From Nitrospirales bacterium (GTDB taxonomy: Bacteria; Nitrospirota; Nitrospiria; Nitrospirales; UBA8639), in NCBI GenBank assembly GCA_963555755.3, contig OY820905.2, positions 4,545,745 to 4,609,744 on the forward strand: DNA of 64,000 bases, written 5' to 3'. Position 1 is the stretch's first letter. Each line of letters starts with the position of its first letter. The notes under the pieces were generated by a model. It saw nothing but the letters and a program-made list of their open reading frames with translations. It did no database searches and was not told the DNA's origin. Below are positions 21,331 through 31,392 of this stretch, in pieces. The position numbers and the translations under genes are program-made.

Positions 21331-22731
21331 ATGAGTGAGGACCGGGTGTTTGATCTGTTGTGTATTGGCAGTGGCCCTGCGGGTCAACGTGCTGCCGTTC
21401 AAGCCGCGAAAGTGGGGAAACGCGTAGTGGTGGTGGAAAAACGTCGTTGGGTGGGTGGGTTGTGTCTGGATACGGGCACGATTCCCAGTAAGACGTTTCG
21501 GGAAGCGGTGCTAGCGTTTGGAAAACAAGCAGAACAGTTTCGAAGCCATCATGGTTTTTCCAGTAGCGAACGGTTGACCGCCACTGGGCTTTTTTCGAGA
21601 GTCAATGCGGTGGTGGAACGCGAAGCCGATGTGATCGATCGTCAACTTCAACGTAACGACATCGAGGTGTTACGAGGAGAAGGCGCCTTTCTCGATCCGC
21701 ATACCCTCAAGATCTCCACCGAGACCGAAACGCTTCATGTTCGAGCTGACCGTATTCTCATTGCTGTAGGCACGGTCCCGGCCCCCACTCCTGGAGTGCC
21801 CTGTGATGGGGAGGTCATTATCAACAGTGACGCGGTAACGAAATTACGACGATTGCCAAAATCCATGGTCGTGGTTGGTGCGGGGGTCATTGGGATTGAA
21901 TATGCATCGATGTTTGGGGCGCTCGGTATCGAAGTGACCTTGGTGGATCGACGAGATCGGCCTTTGGAGTTTCTCGATTCCGAAATCGTGGATGAACTCA
22001 TTCATCAAATGCGCAATAACAATGTGGTATTTCGTTCGGGAGAAACGGTTGAACGATTGGATTTGACGGAAGGGACACCCACGCGGGCCGTCATTCATCT
22101 TGAATCGGGGAAGCGGCTGGTGTCGGACCTTGTGCTCTTTTCGATTGGTCGTATGGGAGCAACAGATTCCCTGAATGTCGGGGCTGCCGGGTTAGAGGTG
22201 GATGCCCGTGGCCGTCTGAAAGTCGATGAATACTTTCGGACAAATGTTCCTCATATCTTTGCGGCTGGTGACGTGATTGGCTACCCCAGCCTTGCGGCCA
22301 CTTCATTGGAGCAAGGTCGATTGGCGGCCTGCTATGCCTTTGATATTCCGGTCCAACCGATGGTGTCCTATTTTCCGATCGGGATTTATGCCATCCCTGA
22401 GATTTCCATGGTTGGGGAGACGGAGCAAGCGCTCACCAAAAAGAAGGTTCCCTACGAAATTGGGTTGGCGCGGTACCGGGAAATTGCCAGAAGTCAGATC
22501 GTGGGGGATAATACGGGTTTATTGAAGTTGCTCTTTCATCGACACACTCGGCAGCTTCTGGGCGTGCATGTGATTGGGTCGAGCGCGACAGAATTGGTTC
22601 ATGTGGGGCAGGCCGTCCTTGGTCTGGGGGGCGGATTGGACTACTTTTTAACGACGGTGTTTAATTATCCCACCATGGCGGAGTGTTATAAAGTCGCCGC
22701 TCTTGACGCATGGAATAAACTGTCACAATGA
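21331..22731 (+). CDS. sthA: Soluble (Si-specific) pyridine nucleotide transhydrogenase
   Basis: GSGPAG, GGLCLDTGTIPSKT (CxxxGT, no second Cys), GAGVIG.EY, C-terminal FNYPTMAE.YKVAA. Confidence 0.93.
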   Translation: MSEDRVFDLLCIGSGPAGQRAAVQAAKVGKRVVVVEKRRWVGGLCLDTGTIPSKTFREAVLAFGKQAEQFRSHHGFSSSERLTATGLFSRVNAVVEREADVIDRQLQRNDIEVLRGEGAFLDPHTLKISTETETLHVRADRILIAVGTVPAPTPGVPCDGEVIINSDAVTKLRRLPKSMVVVGAGVIGIEYASMFGALGIEVTLVDRRDRPLEFLDSEIVDELIHQMRNNNVVFRSGETVERLDLTEGTPTRAVIHLESGKRLVSDLVLFSIGRMGATDSLNVGAAGLEVDARGRLKVDEYFRTNVPHIFAAGDVIGYPSLAATSLEQGRLAACYAFDIPVQPMVSYFPIGIYAIPEISMVGETEQALTKKKVPYEIGLARYREIARSQIVGDNTGLLKLLFHRHTRQLLGVHVIGSSATELVHVGQAVLGLGGGLDYFLTTVFNYPTMAECYKVAALDAWNKLSQ

Positions 22732-22990
22732 TGTGAGTGAGTTGGGTCTATTCGTTAACATTTTTTTGTTATTTCTCTCAGTTTGATACACCCAGGTGCC
22801 GAGAAGAGGACTAACCGTTGTATTGATTTCCCGCTGGATAGGAGTCGATACGTTAAATATCTCTAAGCCCGCTCATTTCTGCGAACCCTTTTTTCCTAGG
22901 ATTCGGTGAGGGTGAAAGAGAAGGCATCTAGTTGTCGACAGTGAACTGAGTGGGGAGAAGTTGAGACTCATGTCATCAAAAGGAGGAGTT

Positions 22991-23218
22991 ATGGATACTG
23001 AAACACGCTGTGTTTTTGTGGCTGGCTTGACCTTTTTTTCCGGATTAATCTTTGGCTTGGGAATGGGCGTCTTGCTCGCTCCTCAGTCGGGGAGTCGGAC
23101 TCGCCGGCATCTTCGGACTATGGTGGAAGACATAGGTGAGCGGGCCGGTGAATGGGTAGAAGATGCCAAGGATACTATGAACGGCATGGTTGATCGTGGG
23201 AGAACGATTGCTGGATAG
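22991..23218 (+). CDS. YtxH domain protein
   Basis: AGGAGG RBS; GLIFG..MGVLLAPQSGSRTR. Confidence 0.8.
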   Translation: MDTETRCVFVAGLTFFSGLIFGLGMGVLLAPQSGSRTRRHLRTMVEDIGERAGEWVEDAKDTMNGMVDRGRTIAG

Positions 23219-23476
23219 CACGTATAAAATATTTGTGACTACTCAGGCGGATAGACTGAAGGCTTTTAGGGGCAATCATGCGTGATCTTTCAACACTTCT
23301 GGCATTTTGACCGTTAGCCTTCAGCCTACCGCCTAAATACCTGACCAGTTGCAAATATTTGAGAGCTGGAGGTCGAGTGTGGTTGTAAAGACAAAGCACG
23401 ACTTGGCCAATGGGAACGGATTTGATTGCTGATGAGAAAGAATAGATGTTTAATGTTTCTTAAGATGGCGTTCTAG

Positions 23477-23881
23477 ATGAAAATGTGGGTGGGAGTTGTC
23501 ATTTTTGTGCTGGGTGTGGGCGCTGGATTGAGCGGAGTGCAATTTATTCCGGCCTCCGTGTCACTGTATTTGCCTGCTGTGCTTCAAGCTCAGAACGAAA
23601 TTGTGAAGGGGATCGTTGTTCGAAAGCACCAGGAGTCTGAACGGTTGCTCCTAACGGTGTCTACTCCTCGGGGAGCCTTGTTAGCCACGTTTACCCAGCA
23701 AATCCCAGAAATTGATTTATTGGTTGAGGAAGGGGATGAGGTGACGTTGGGACTGACACAGTATGCTCCGTTTGTTCATGATCCCACGATCAAAGGTGTG
23801 ATGAAGCCCGATCATCTCCCAGCCCAACCAACAGCCGACCCGGAACCCGACAACGGGAATCTACCAATCTTGGAATCGTAA
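23477..23881 (+). CDS. Hypothetical membrane-anchored protein
   Basis: 134-aa ORF with an N-terminal hydrophobic segment. Confidence 0.65.
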   Translation: MKMWVGVVIFVLGVGAGLSGVQFIPASVSLYLPAVLQAQNEIVKGIVVRKHQESERLLLTVSTPRGALLATFTQQIPEIDLLVEEGDEVTLGLTQYAPFVHDPTIKGVMKPDHLPAQPTADPEPDNGNLPILES

Positions 23882-23896
23882 TCCGAACCCGTCTTA

Positions 23897-24537
23897 GGAC
23901 CTGAGAGAAAAGAACTTGGCCATCTCGCATCCAATCTTCGGGCCATCATTGAACCTAGAAGCAGCAGTTGGATCACAAAAGTCCGCGCAAGCTCTTGGCG
24001 CACCTAGGAGCCTGTCCAAGATTAGACAGATCTACTGCGGGTGCGCTGGGTTTGGCCAGATCTTTCGATCCTTTTCGGGGAATGTTGAAAAAGGCCCCCA
24101 GCTGCGTTCTCGGGCTTTTGGCGTGCTCACGTACTCCGTGTACGCTCCGCGCGCCAAAACCCCTGCGGCCTTGCTGGATGGCCTTTTTGAACATTTCCCG
24201 TTTTCGTTAAATAGTCACCACTATTCGCCTCACACGATCGAAACATCTGACTCAACCCAGCACCCCCTCGTCACGATCGCTAATCTCGGACAGGCTCCTC
24301 GCAAAATACAAAAATGTCTCATCACCACCGAGATGACCACGACTTTTTGTATTGCACCATGCACACCAATATCTTACACGTCTTTTTTGCGCCCAACTGC
24401 CGTTTCTAGGTTGAACGGGCCTCAATCGAAACACCCTCACCATCGCTGTGCTATGCCTCGGGTTTTCCTCAATCGTTCCGTCCCAATCCGACCTAAATCT
24501 TGGCGCGATATTGTCCAAGTTATTTTCTCTCAGGTCC
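23897..24537. mobile_element. Four-level nested MITE: E > A (23953-24411) > C (24008-24297) > F (24076-24200)
   Basis: Each level has its own TIRs and duplication: TTA (E), TGA (A), CTAG/CTCG (C), TTTT (F). Removing inner elements restores the unnested forms seen elsewhere in the window. Confidence 0.88.
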
Positions 24538-24550
24538 TTATCTGATCCTC

Positions 24551-26761
24551 ATGTCGCTGAACCTCAAACATGAAAAAACCCTTCAGGCCCTCGCGCGTGC
24601 GCATGGTATCGAGTTGAGGTATCGTGATGGGACGGGCATGGTTCGAAGGGTTTCGACTTCGACCGTTCATGCTCTATTGCATGCGATGGGAGTGAACGTG
24701 GCAACGTACGAGGAGGTGCATCAATCTTTGAAGGCCGTTCGCCTTCAACCTTGGACGAGGGTGCTCGACGAGGTGTTTGTGGTCTGGCAAGGGAACACTT
24801 CCTCACTGTGGCAATTAACGATTCCCACGGCTGCCACTTTGCTTCCTCAACTGGCAGTGACTTGGCAGTTGGAAAATGAGCGAGGGCATCAGGTCGGCGA
24901 TCAGGGTTCCGGAGAACGCCTTTCGCTGATTGCCTCACGAACGATTAATGGAAGGGCGTGCTGTCGGTTGGGCGTGCCGTTTCCCGAAAACCTGCCTCTT
25001 GGCTATTATCGTTTAACGGTCACGGCATCGTGGCCCTCTCAGACCGTCTGTGGAGAGGCGTTGGTCATTGTCGCACCCAAGCAGTGTTACCTGCCGGACC
25101 AGCCCAATCGGTCTTGGGGGGTGACGGTTCAATTGTATGGGTTATCGAGCGCTCGAAACTGGGGTATTGGAGATTTTAAAGATCTTTCGATGTTGGCCAC
25201 GTGGGCAGGTAGCCACCTTGGTGCTTCGACGATTGGCATCAATCCACTCCATGCCCTGTCAGCCAAATCGATCAGCCCGTATTCTCCGTCGAGCCGGTTA
25301 TTCTTTAACCCGCTGTATCTGGATGTTGAGGCGATTCCCGAATTTCAGAACGCCCTCGCTTTACAAGAGCAGGTCAAAAGCGAGGCCTTTCAAGATCGCT
25401 TGAAAGTGCTGAGGGACCGCCGAACGGTGGATTATGATGAAGTCCGCGCGGTGAAATTTCCTCTCTTGGAATCCTTGTATGCGGTGTTTTGCCAACACCA
25501 TGTGGCCACGGGATCCGAACGGGCGCACGCGTTTGATCAATATGTTCAACAGCAAGGTACAGTGTTGCGCCGGTTCGCCGTATTTCATGTTTTACAGGAA
25601 CGGTATCGCCATGCGTCGTGGTGGCAATGGCCCGTCGAATATCAGGATTCAACGTCGGTTGCTGTTGAGGATTTTGCCAACCAGCATCTGGATCGGCTGC
25701 GGTTTTATCAATATTTGCAATGGCAGTGCGAGGATCAACTCGGTGAGTTAAACTCAACCGCAAAACAGGCGGGATTGTCTTTAGGGTTGTATCACGACCT
25801 GGCAGTTGGAATCGTTGCCGATGGGGCTGATGCCTGGATTTTTCAAGATCAGCTTGCGCGTGGGGTCTCGATTGGGGCCCCTCCGGATCTGTTTAATTTG
25901 TCGGGTCAAAATTGGAACTTACAACCACCGATCCCGACTCGACTCCGATCGCAGGCGTATCATTTTCTCAGGGAAACTTTTCGTCACAACATGCAGTATG
26001 GTGGCATGTTACGAATTGATCATGCGCTGAGTCTCTTTCGGTTATATTGGATTCCCGAGGGCAAGTCGGCTAGTGAGGGCGCCTATGTTCGGTATCCGAC
26101 TGACGAGTTGTTGGCGGTTCTTGCCTTGGAAAGCGTCCGGCATCAGGTGATGGTCGTTGGAGAAGATTTAGGAACTGTGACCCCTGGGATTCGACGAAAA
26201 TTCGCTCAGGCAGGCTTATTGTCCTATCGTTTATTAATGTTTGAAAAACATTCTGGCAGAGGATATCGAACCCCAAAAACGTTTCCGGAACAAGCGTTAG
26301 CTTCGGTCAATACGCATGACCTTCCCACCCTACGCGGATTTTGGGTTGGGCGAGATATTGAGACGAAGGAGCAAATTGGGTTATACCCTTCTGCATCGCA
26401 TATGGACCAGGATCGAGTCACTCGCACCCAGGATCGGCAAGCCTTACTGCGGGCTTTGGGGAGGGAACGGCTGTTGCCAACGGGTACGCCATCTCAAGCG
26501 GAAGAATTGCCTCAATGGTCGGATGAATTGTGCCGGGCGATCTATGCGTATGTAGCCCGGACCCCTTGCCGGGTGATGGCGACCTCTCTTGAGGATTTAT
26601 TGGGAGAGGTGGATACGCCCAATGTGCCCGGTGCGCCGGAGGGTGCGTATCCTGTGTGGCAACGAAAGTTGAGCCGACCATTTGAAGAATGGCAACACGA
26701 TCCGGATCTTCTCGATTTTGCAGCCGCCGTGCATCGCGAGCGTGCGGCTTCTTCGGTGTAA
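24551..26761 (+). CDS. malQ: 4-alpha-glucanotransferase (GH77 amylomaltase)
   Basis: WGIGDF, SPYSPSSR, DLAVG, LRIDH, GEDLG, THDLPT. Confidence 0.93.
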   Translation: MSLNLKHEKTLQALARAHGIELRYRDGTGMVRRVSTSTVHALLHAMGVNVATYEEVHQSLKAVRLQPWTRVLDEVFVVWQGNTSSLWQLTIPTAATLLPQLAVTWQLENERGHQVGDQGSGERLSLIASRTINGRACCRLGVPFPENLPLGYYRLTVTASWPSQTVCGEALVIVAPKQCYLPDQPNRSWGVTVQLYGLSSARNWGIGDFKDLSMLATWAGSHLGASTIGINPLHALSAKSISPYSPSSRLFFNPLYLDVEAIPEFQNALALQEQVKSEAFQDRLKVLRDRRTVDYDEVRAVKFPLLESLYAVFCQHHVATGSERAHAFDQYVQQQGTVLRRFAVFHVLQERYRHASWWQWPVEYQDSTSVAVEDFANQHLDRLRFYQYLQWQCEDQLGELNSTAKQAGLSLGLYHDLAVGIVADGADAWIFQDQLARGVSIGAPPDLFNLSGQNWNLQPPIPTRLRSQAYHFLRETFRHNMQYGGMLRIDHALSLFRLYWIPEGKSASEGAYVRYPTDELLAVLALESVRHQVMVVGEDLGTVTPGIRRKFAQAGLLSYRLLMFEKHSGRGYRTPKTFPEQALASVNTHDLPTLRGFWVGRDIETKEQIGLYPSASHMDQDRVTRTQDRQALLRALGRERLLPTGTPSQAEELPQWSDELCRAIYAYVARTPCRVMATSLEDLLGEVDTPNVPGAPEGAYPVWQRKLSRPFEEWQHDPDLLDFAAAVHRERAASSV

Positions 26762-26810
26762 TTATCTATCCCATCGACGACTTCCACCCTGACAAAGAAG
26801 GTCATTCCTC

Positions 26811-27626
26811 ATGAACCCAGAATCGCGTCTTGTGATCCTGACAGATTTAGATGGCTCGTTACTGGATGCTGATACCCATGAGTGTGGCCCTGCACGATCG
26901 GAACTGGATAATTTGCGCACTCGAGGTATCCCGGTCATGTTCTCGACGAGCAAGACCTTTGCCGAAGTAGAACCCATGCGTCAGGAAATGGAGAATGTCG
27001 ATCCGTTTATCGTGGAAAATGGCGGAGCGGTATATGTTCCCGAGGGATATTTCCCCGAGGTCCCGGAGCACAGTGTCCAGCGAGATGGCTATCATGTCAT
27101 TGAGCTTGGGATATCGTATCTGACCCTTCGTGAAGGGTTGCGGACGATTGAGCAAAAACTTGGCATTCGGTTGAAGGGCTTCGGCGATATGAGTTTGGAT
27201 GAAGTGGTCACGACCACGGGGCTATCCCCCATTCAAGCGATGGCTGCACAAAAACGAGAGTTTGACGAACCGTTTCTCGTCAACGATCCGTCAAAAATGT
27301 TTGAGATACGGCATGAAGCAGGGCAGTTGGGATTCCTGGTGGCATTGGATGGGCGCTTTGCTCACCTTGTGGGTGGCACCCATAAAGGATCAGCTTGTCG
27401 CATCCTTTTGGATTTATGCCGGAAGTATTGGGGAGCCATCCGGACTGCGGCGATCGGATCCAGCTTAAATGACGTTCCCATGCTGGAACAAGTGGACTAT
27501 CCCTTTTTGGTCGAACAGCGAGGGGGCGGATACCAAAGTGGGATTGCGTTTAAACAACTTATTCGGGTGGAAGGAATTGGTCCGGTGGGTTGGGCAAAAT
27601 GTATTCAACAATTAGGCGAAGCCTAA
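26811..27626 (+). CDS. HAD-IIB mannosyl/glucosyl-3-phosphoglycerate phosphatase-like protein
   Basis: TDLDGSLLD, STSKT, FIVENGG, REFDEPF. Motif IV reads GSSLND. Confidence 0.82.
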   Translation: MNPESRLVILTDLDGSLLDADTHECGPARSELDNLRTRGIPVMFSTSKTFAEVEPMRQEMENVDPFIVENGGAVYVPEGYFPEVPEHSVQRDGYHVIELGISYLTLREGLRTIEQKLGIRLKGFGDMSLDEVVTTTGLSPIQAMAAQKREFDEPFLVNDPSKMFEIRHEAGQLGFLVALDGRFAHLVGGTHKGSACRILLDLCRKYWGAIRTAAIGSSLNDVPMLEQVDYPFLVEQRGGGYQSGIAFKQLIRVEGIGPVGWAKCIQQLGEA

Positions 27627-27716
27627 GACATGGATGCTACCCAAGGATGGCTTCTTAGTTGTCTGTGTCCTGTATGTCTTGGACCGATAGCGTTTTTATC
27701 TCGTAGCCCTTCATTG

Positions 27717-28550
27717 TTAGGTTTGTTGGGGGTTAATGGTAGTGGGGGCGTCATTTAATCGGGAGGCTGGTATGACGACTTTCTTTCCGTCCACGTCGAG
27801 AACAATGACCATCGAGGTGAGGTCCACAACTGTTCCCGTCATTTCGCCAACCTGGACGTGTTGCCCGATTTGAACAAAATGGCGAACCGAGTAAGTGCCA
27901 ATGAGATTTCGGACGGCTGGTCCTGCACCCAGTCCGATGGATAAGGCCACTGTAGCTACCAATCCCGCCGCAAGGATCAATAAAAACGAGGCCAAGAAAC
28001 TCGTATCAAATCCTAATCTGGAGACAGCCATGATGCCCGCCACGAGGATGGACAACGCATAAATCAGGTGCCCGGCCATCCTTGCCGCAGGCAATCCAGC
28101 CGATTCACATGTGGCTGTGACCAATGTGCGTAATGCCCTGGCACCAAACAATCCGATCAGGACAATCAGAGCTGCGAAGATGAGATCCGGAAGCGCATAG
28201 GCTAGAGAAATCAGCGCTTCAGTGAGAACCTCCAGCTTTAATGCTCGGGCCGCCGAAATAAGAAAGAGGAGAAAAATTACCCAAAACATGAGGGCTCCGA
28301 TGATGTGAGCCCCTGTTTTCTGTAGGCCGAGTTGTTGGAATAAGGAGGTGATGCCCCAACTGTCCAGGAGCCGATTGAAGTGTGCAAATTCCAAGATACG
28401 GCGTATGGCGCTACTGACAAGCCGACCAAGAATGATGCCCACTGTTACCAGAACAAGCGCGCCCAGAATGTTTGGAAGAAAGGTAATGATCATATCCAAA
28501 CTATCGTAGAGTGATTCTTCCAGCGGCAGGCTGAACGGGCTTTGGTCCAT
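27717..28550 (-). CDS. CmpX/TM-helix-repeat small mechanosensitive-channel-like membrane protein
   Basis: FLPNILGAL and YALPDLIFA TM repeats, SIGLG, MscS-like beta domain GQHVQVGEMTGTV. Confidence 0.78.
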   Translation of the reverse strand: MDQSPFSLPLEESLYDSLDMIITFLPNILGALVLVTVGIILGRLVSSAIRRILEFAHFNRLLDSWGITSLFQQLGLQKTGAHIIGALMFWVIFLLFLISAARALKLEVLTEALISLAYALPDLIFAALIVLIGLFGARALRTLVTATCESAGLPAARMAGHLIYALSILVAGIMAVSRLGFDTSFLASFLLILAAGLVATVALSIGLGAGPAVRNLIGTYSVRHFVQIGQHVQVGEMTGTVVDLTSMVIVLDVDGKKVVIPASRLNDAPTTINPQQT

Positions 28551-28553
28551 GCG

Positions 28554-29417
28554 TTATACTCCTGTGTCTTTTCTCACCCATGCAGGTGAACGATGAGGGA
28601 TTCGTTGCGTGATGAACTGGCGCATCTTGCCACGTTTCTCCCAATTCGTCACGTAAGATTTTTTCGACATCTTTTCGTCGAGAAGAACTTGGTAGGCCCG
28701 TATCCGCTGGACATATGTCACGGGTTCGAGCCCTCGCGCATATCCATACGGAAGCGATCGATAATATTTTTTCTGGCTCAGAAGGGGCAGGACTTGCATC
28801 ATGTCCTGCCAGCGATCCGGGTTTTTCTGTTTTCGGAGGGCCAGGATCCGCGCATCTTTCACATGTCCCAACCCCACGTTGTAGGCGGCTAGTGCAAAGA
28901 AGGTTCGGTCGGGTATGGGGACGGAGATTGGGATTCTCTGCTGCATCATCGTGAGGTACTGTGCGCCCCCATAGATACTTTTTCTGGGGTCAAGCCGATT
29001 CCTGATCCCAAGTGACGCTGCCGTACGTCTGGTCAGCATCATAAGGCCTCGAACACCAGTTGGGCTTCTGGCTCGACGGTTCCAGTGGGATTCTTGATAG
29101 GCTTGAGATGCGAGAAGTTTCCACGGAAGATTATGCTTTTTGGCAGCGTTTTGAAAATGTTCTTGATATCGAGGGAATCGGGTCCTGAGGTGTCTGAAGA
29201 AAATTTTACGGTCATAGCGGGAGAGTATTTTTCTCACTTGCACCGGTGCGGTAGTTTGGGGGCGAGTCAAAGCCTGCATGTGTTGTGTGTGAAGGTTGGA
29301 TTTGATAGTTGCGAGATGATTGGATGTGTGTTGAGCAAATTTCGAAAATACAATATGTGTGCTGACAAGCACACCAATCAAGATAAGACTGCCTACCCAT
29401 TTCAAGAATATGCCCAT
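28554..29417 (-). CDS. MltF-like lytic transglycosylase (SLT domain only)
   Basis: AYQESHWN..A.SPTGVRGLMML, ALAAYNVG.GHV.DAR, YGYARG.EPV.YV. No substrate-binding domain. Confidence 0.85.
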   Translation of the reverse strand: MGIFLKWVGSLILIGVLVSTHIVFSKFAQHTSNHLATIKSNLHTQHMQALTRPQTTAPVQVRKILSRYDRKIFFRHLRTRFPRYQEHFQNAAKKHNLPWKLLASQAYQESHWNRRARSPTGVRGLMMLTRRTAASLGIRNRLDPRKSIYGGAQYLTMMQQRIPISVPIPDRTFFALAAYNVGLGHVKDARILALRKQKNPDRWQDMMQVLPLLSQKKYYRSLPYGYARGLEPVTYVQRIRAYQVLLDEKMSKKSYVTNWEKRGKMRQFITQRIPHRSPAWVRKDTGV

Positions 29418-29461
29418 TGGTCGATTATCTGTTCCCGGGACGGTATTTCAGGTTTTCTCTA

Positions 29462-29736
29462 CAGGGAATGTTGAAAAAAGCCGCCAGCCTACGCTTAAGC
29501 TTCGGCCGACGGGCCAGCGGCGTTCTCGCCATTTTGCCGTGCGCACTACTTCATGTACGCTCCGCGCGTCAAAATGGCTGCAGCCTTGCTGGACGGAACC
29601 TTCGGAAAGACCTCAGGGCATGCTTTTTGAACATTTCCCGTTTTCGTTGAATAGTCCAACTATTCGCCTCAAACGATCGAAACATCTGACTCAAACCAGC
29701 ACCCCCTCGTCACGATCGCTAATCTCGGACAGGCTC
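29462..29736. mobile_element. MITE F variant (29462-29640, with two REP-like inserts) plus the right half of C
   Basis: CAGGGAATGTTGAAAAA...TTTTTGAACATTTCCCG, then the C arm ending GGACAGGCTC-CTAG. Same F/C junction as at 24200. Confidence 0.8.
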
Positions 29737-30041
29737 CTAGGTGGTGCAGGTGAGAGTCACAGGAAAAAAAGTGTGACAAAGAACACAACGTTGGAGTGAT
29801 AGGAGCCACGGCTATCATTTGTTGTAATGGAATATAATTAGTGCCCTTGAGAGAAAGGGGGAATATCTCCGCAATCGAGATGGTCGTGGCTCTATCGCTG
29901 GCAAAGGTCATTGCGGCTGAGGGATGAGCTCGGGATCTTCCCCCTCTTTTCAGAAACACATTCTTTTCAGCCATTTTATGCTGTTTGCTAACGCGCTGTC
30001 CATTTTTTTCTCGACATACGAACAATCTCTTTATGTACTTA

Positions 30042-31017
30042 GGACCTGAGAGAAAATAACTTGGACAATCTCGCATCCAATCTTCGGGCCATCTTTGAAC
30101 GGGCCTCAATCGAAACACCCTCACCATAGCTGTGCTATGCCTCGAGTGTTTCTCAATCGTTCCGTCCAAATCCGACCCCAATCTTGGCGCGATATTGATC
30201 AAATTATTTTCTCGCAGGTCCTTAGGGTCCGTCACGAAATAACCGAGACAATTGGCCGAGACGATTTTGGAGCGAGCCAAGGAGCGAAGAGCGCGCATAC
30301 CGGGAGTATGGAAGCGATGAGCGACGCCGGCGCAGCCCAAAAGCGTCCGGCCCTCCGGGGAGGCCCATCTTTGGCCCGGGGCGGCGTTGCTCCTCGGTCA
30401 CAGAGCCCCGCTCTGCTCCCTCGTCGCGCCTTGCCCCGATCACAAATCTGGGCCTCCCAATTGTCCCGGTTATTTCGTGACGGACCCTGAGCGCACCAAG
30501 GAGCCTGTCCAAGATTAGACCGATCTACTGCGGGTGCGCTGGATTTGGCCAGATCTTTCGATCCTTTTCGTTAAATAGTCACCACTATTCGCCTCAAACG
30601 ATCGAAACATCTGACTCAAACCAGCCCCCCCTCGTCACGATCGCTAATCTCGGACAGGCTCCTCGCAAAATACAAAAAGTCGTGGTTACCTTAGGGTTCG
30701 CGCAAAAATAACTTCCCCTGTTTGGGTGCTGAGACGCCAGTCTGGCAAGGCGCGAGGGCTGCGCATACTCCTCGTATGGAAAGGACGAGCAACGCCGCAA
30801 GACGGAATGGATCGACGCCCAAACAGGGGAGGTTATTCTTGCGCGAACCTTTAACCTAGAAACGGCAGTTGGGCGCAAAAAAGACGTGTAAGATATTGGT
30901 GTGCATGGTGAAATACAAAAAGTCGTGTCACCTCTCTGGTGATGAGACCTTTTTGTATTTTGCCAGGTGCGCCAAGGGCTTGCGCGGACTTTTGTGATCC
31001 AACTGCCGTTTCTAGGT
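30042..31017. mobile_element. MITE cluster: E (30042-30221), D (30225-30487), C (30501-30661), B (30694-30850), inverted A (30854-31017)
   Basis: TIRs of each family are present; neighbouring elements share TTA; A-derived spacers flank C. Confidence 0.85.
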
Positions 31018-31142
31018 TTAACAGTCAACAGGTCTCTTCGTTCCGTTCCTTTCCTTCTTGTAGAACCAGCTGTCCTCTTATGTGCGGTGTGGGGGCTCAC
31101 ATCACACCCCCTCCTTGATTTCCAAGGGAAAAGTTGAAATTT

Positions 31143-31204
31143 TTGTATCCGATTAGAAACAGGGCTGTATCAATCGGATACAGGGCTGTATCAATCGGAT
31201 ACAA
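31143..31204. promoter_or_regulatory. Tandem palindromic operator-like array
   Basis: Perfect 21-bp tandem ACAGGGCTGTATCAATCGGAT x2 gives TGTATC-N5-GATACA twice, plus an outer IR TTGTATCCGATT/AATCGGATACAA. Lies upstream of a response regulator. Confidence 0.5.
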
Positions 31205-31392
31205 TTCTGTTGACTACAACCCCCTTAGTAAACTATAAAATAAAAGCATTGTGGAAATATATTTTAATTTCACGCAGTTATGATATTTATGTTGTAACAC
31301 GTGTAAGATTTTTTTTGCATGAAATCTGCTTGGATATTCGAATATGGCAAGAAATTGTTCTGACAATTTTTGGAAAAACAGTCATTGACTCT

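Noticed and set aside
31345..31359. Sigma-54 promoter TGGCAAGAAATTGT
   Set aside because: Spacing is one base short of the -24/-12 consensus and the -12 GC is missing.
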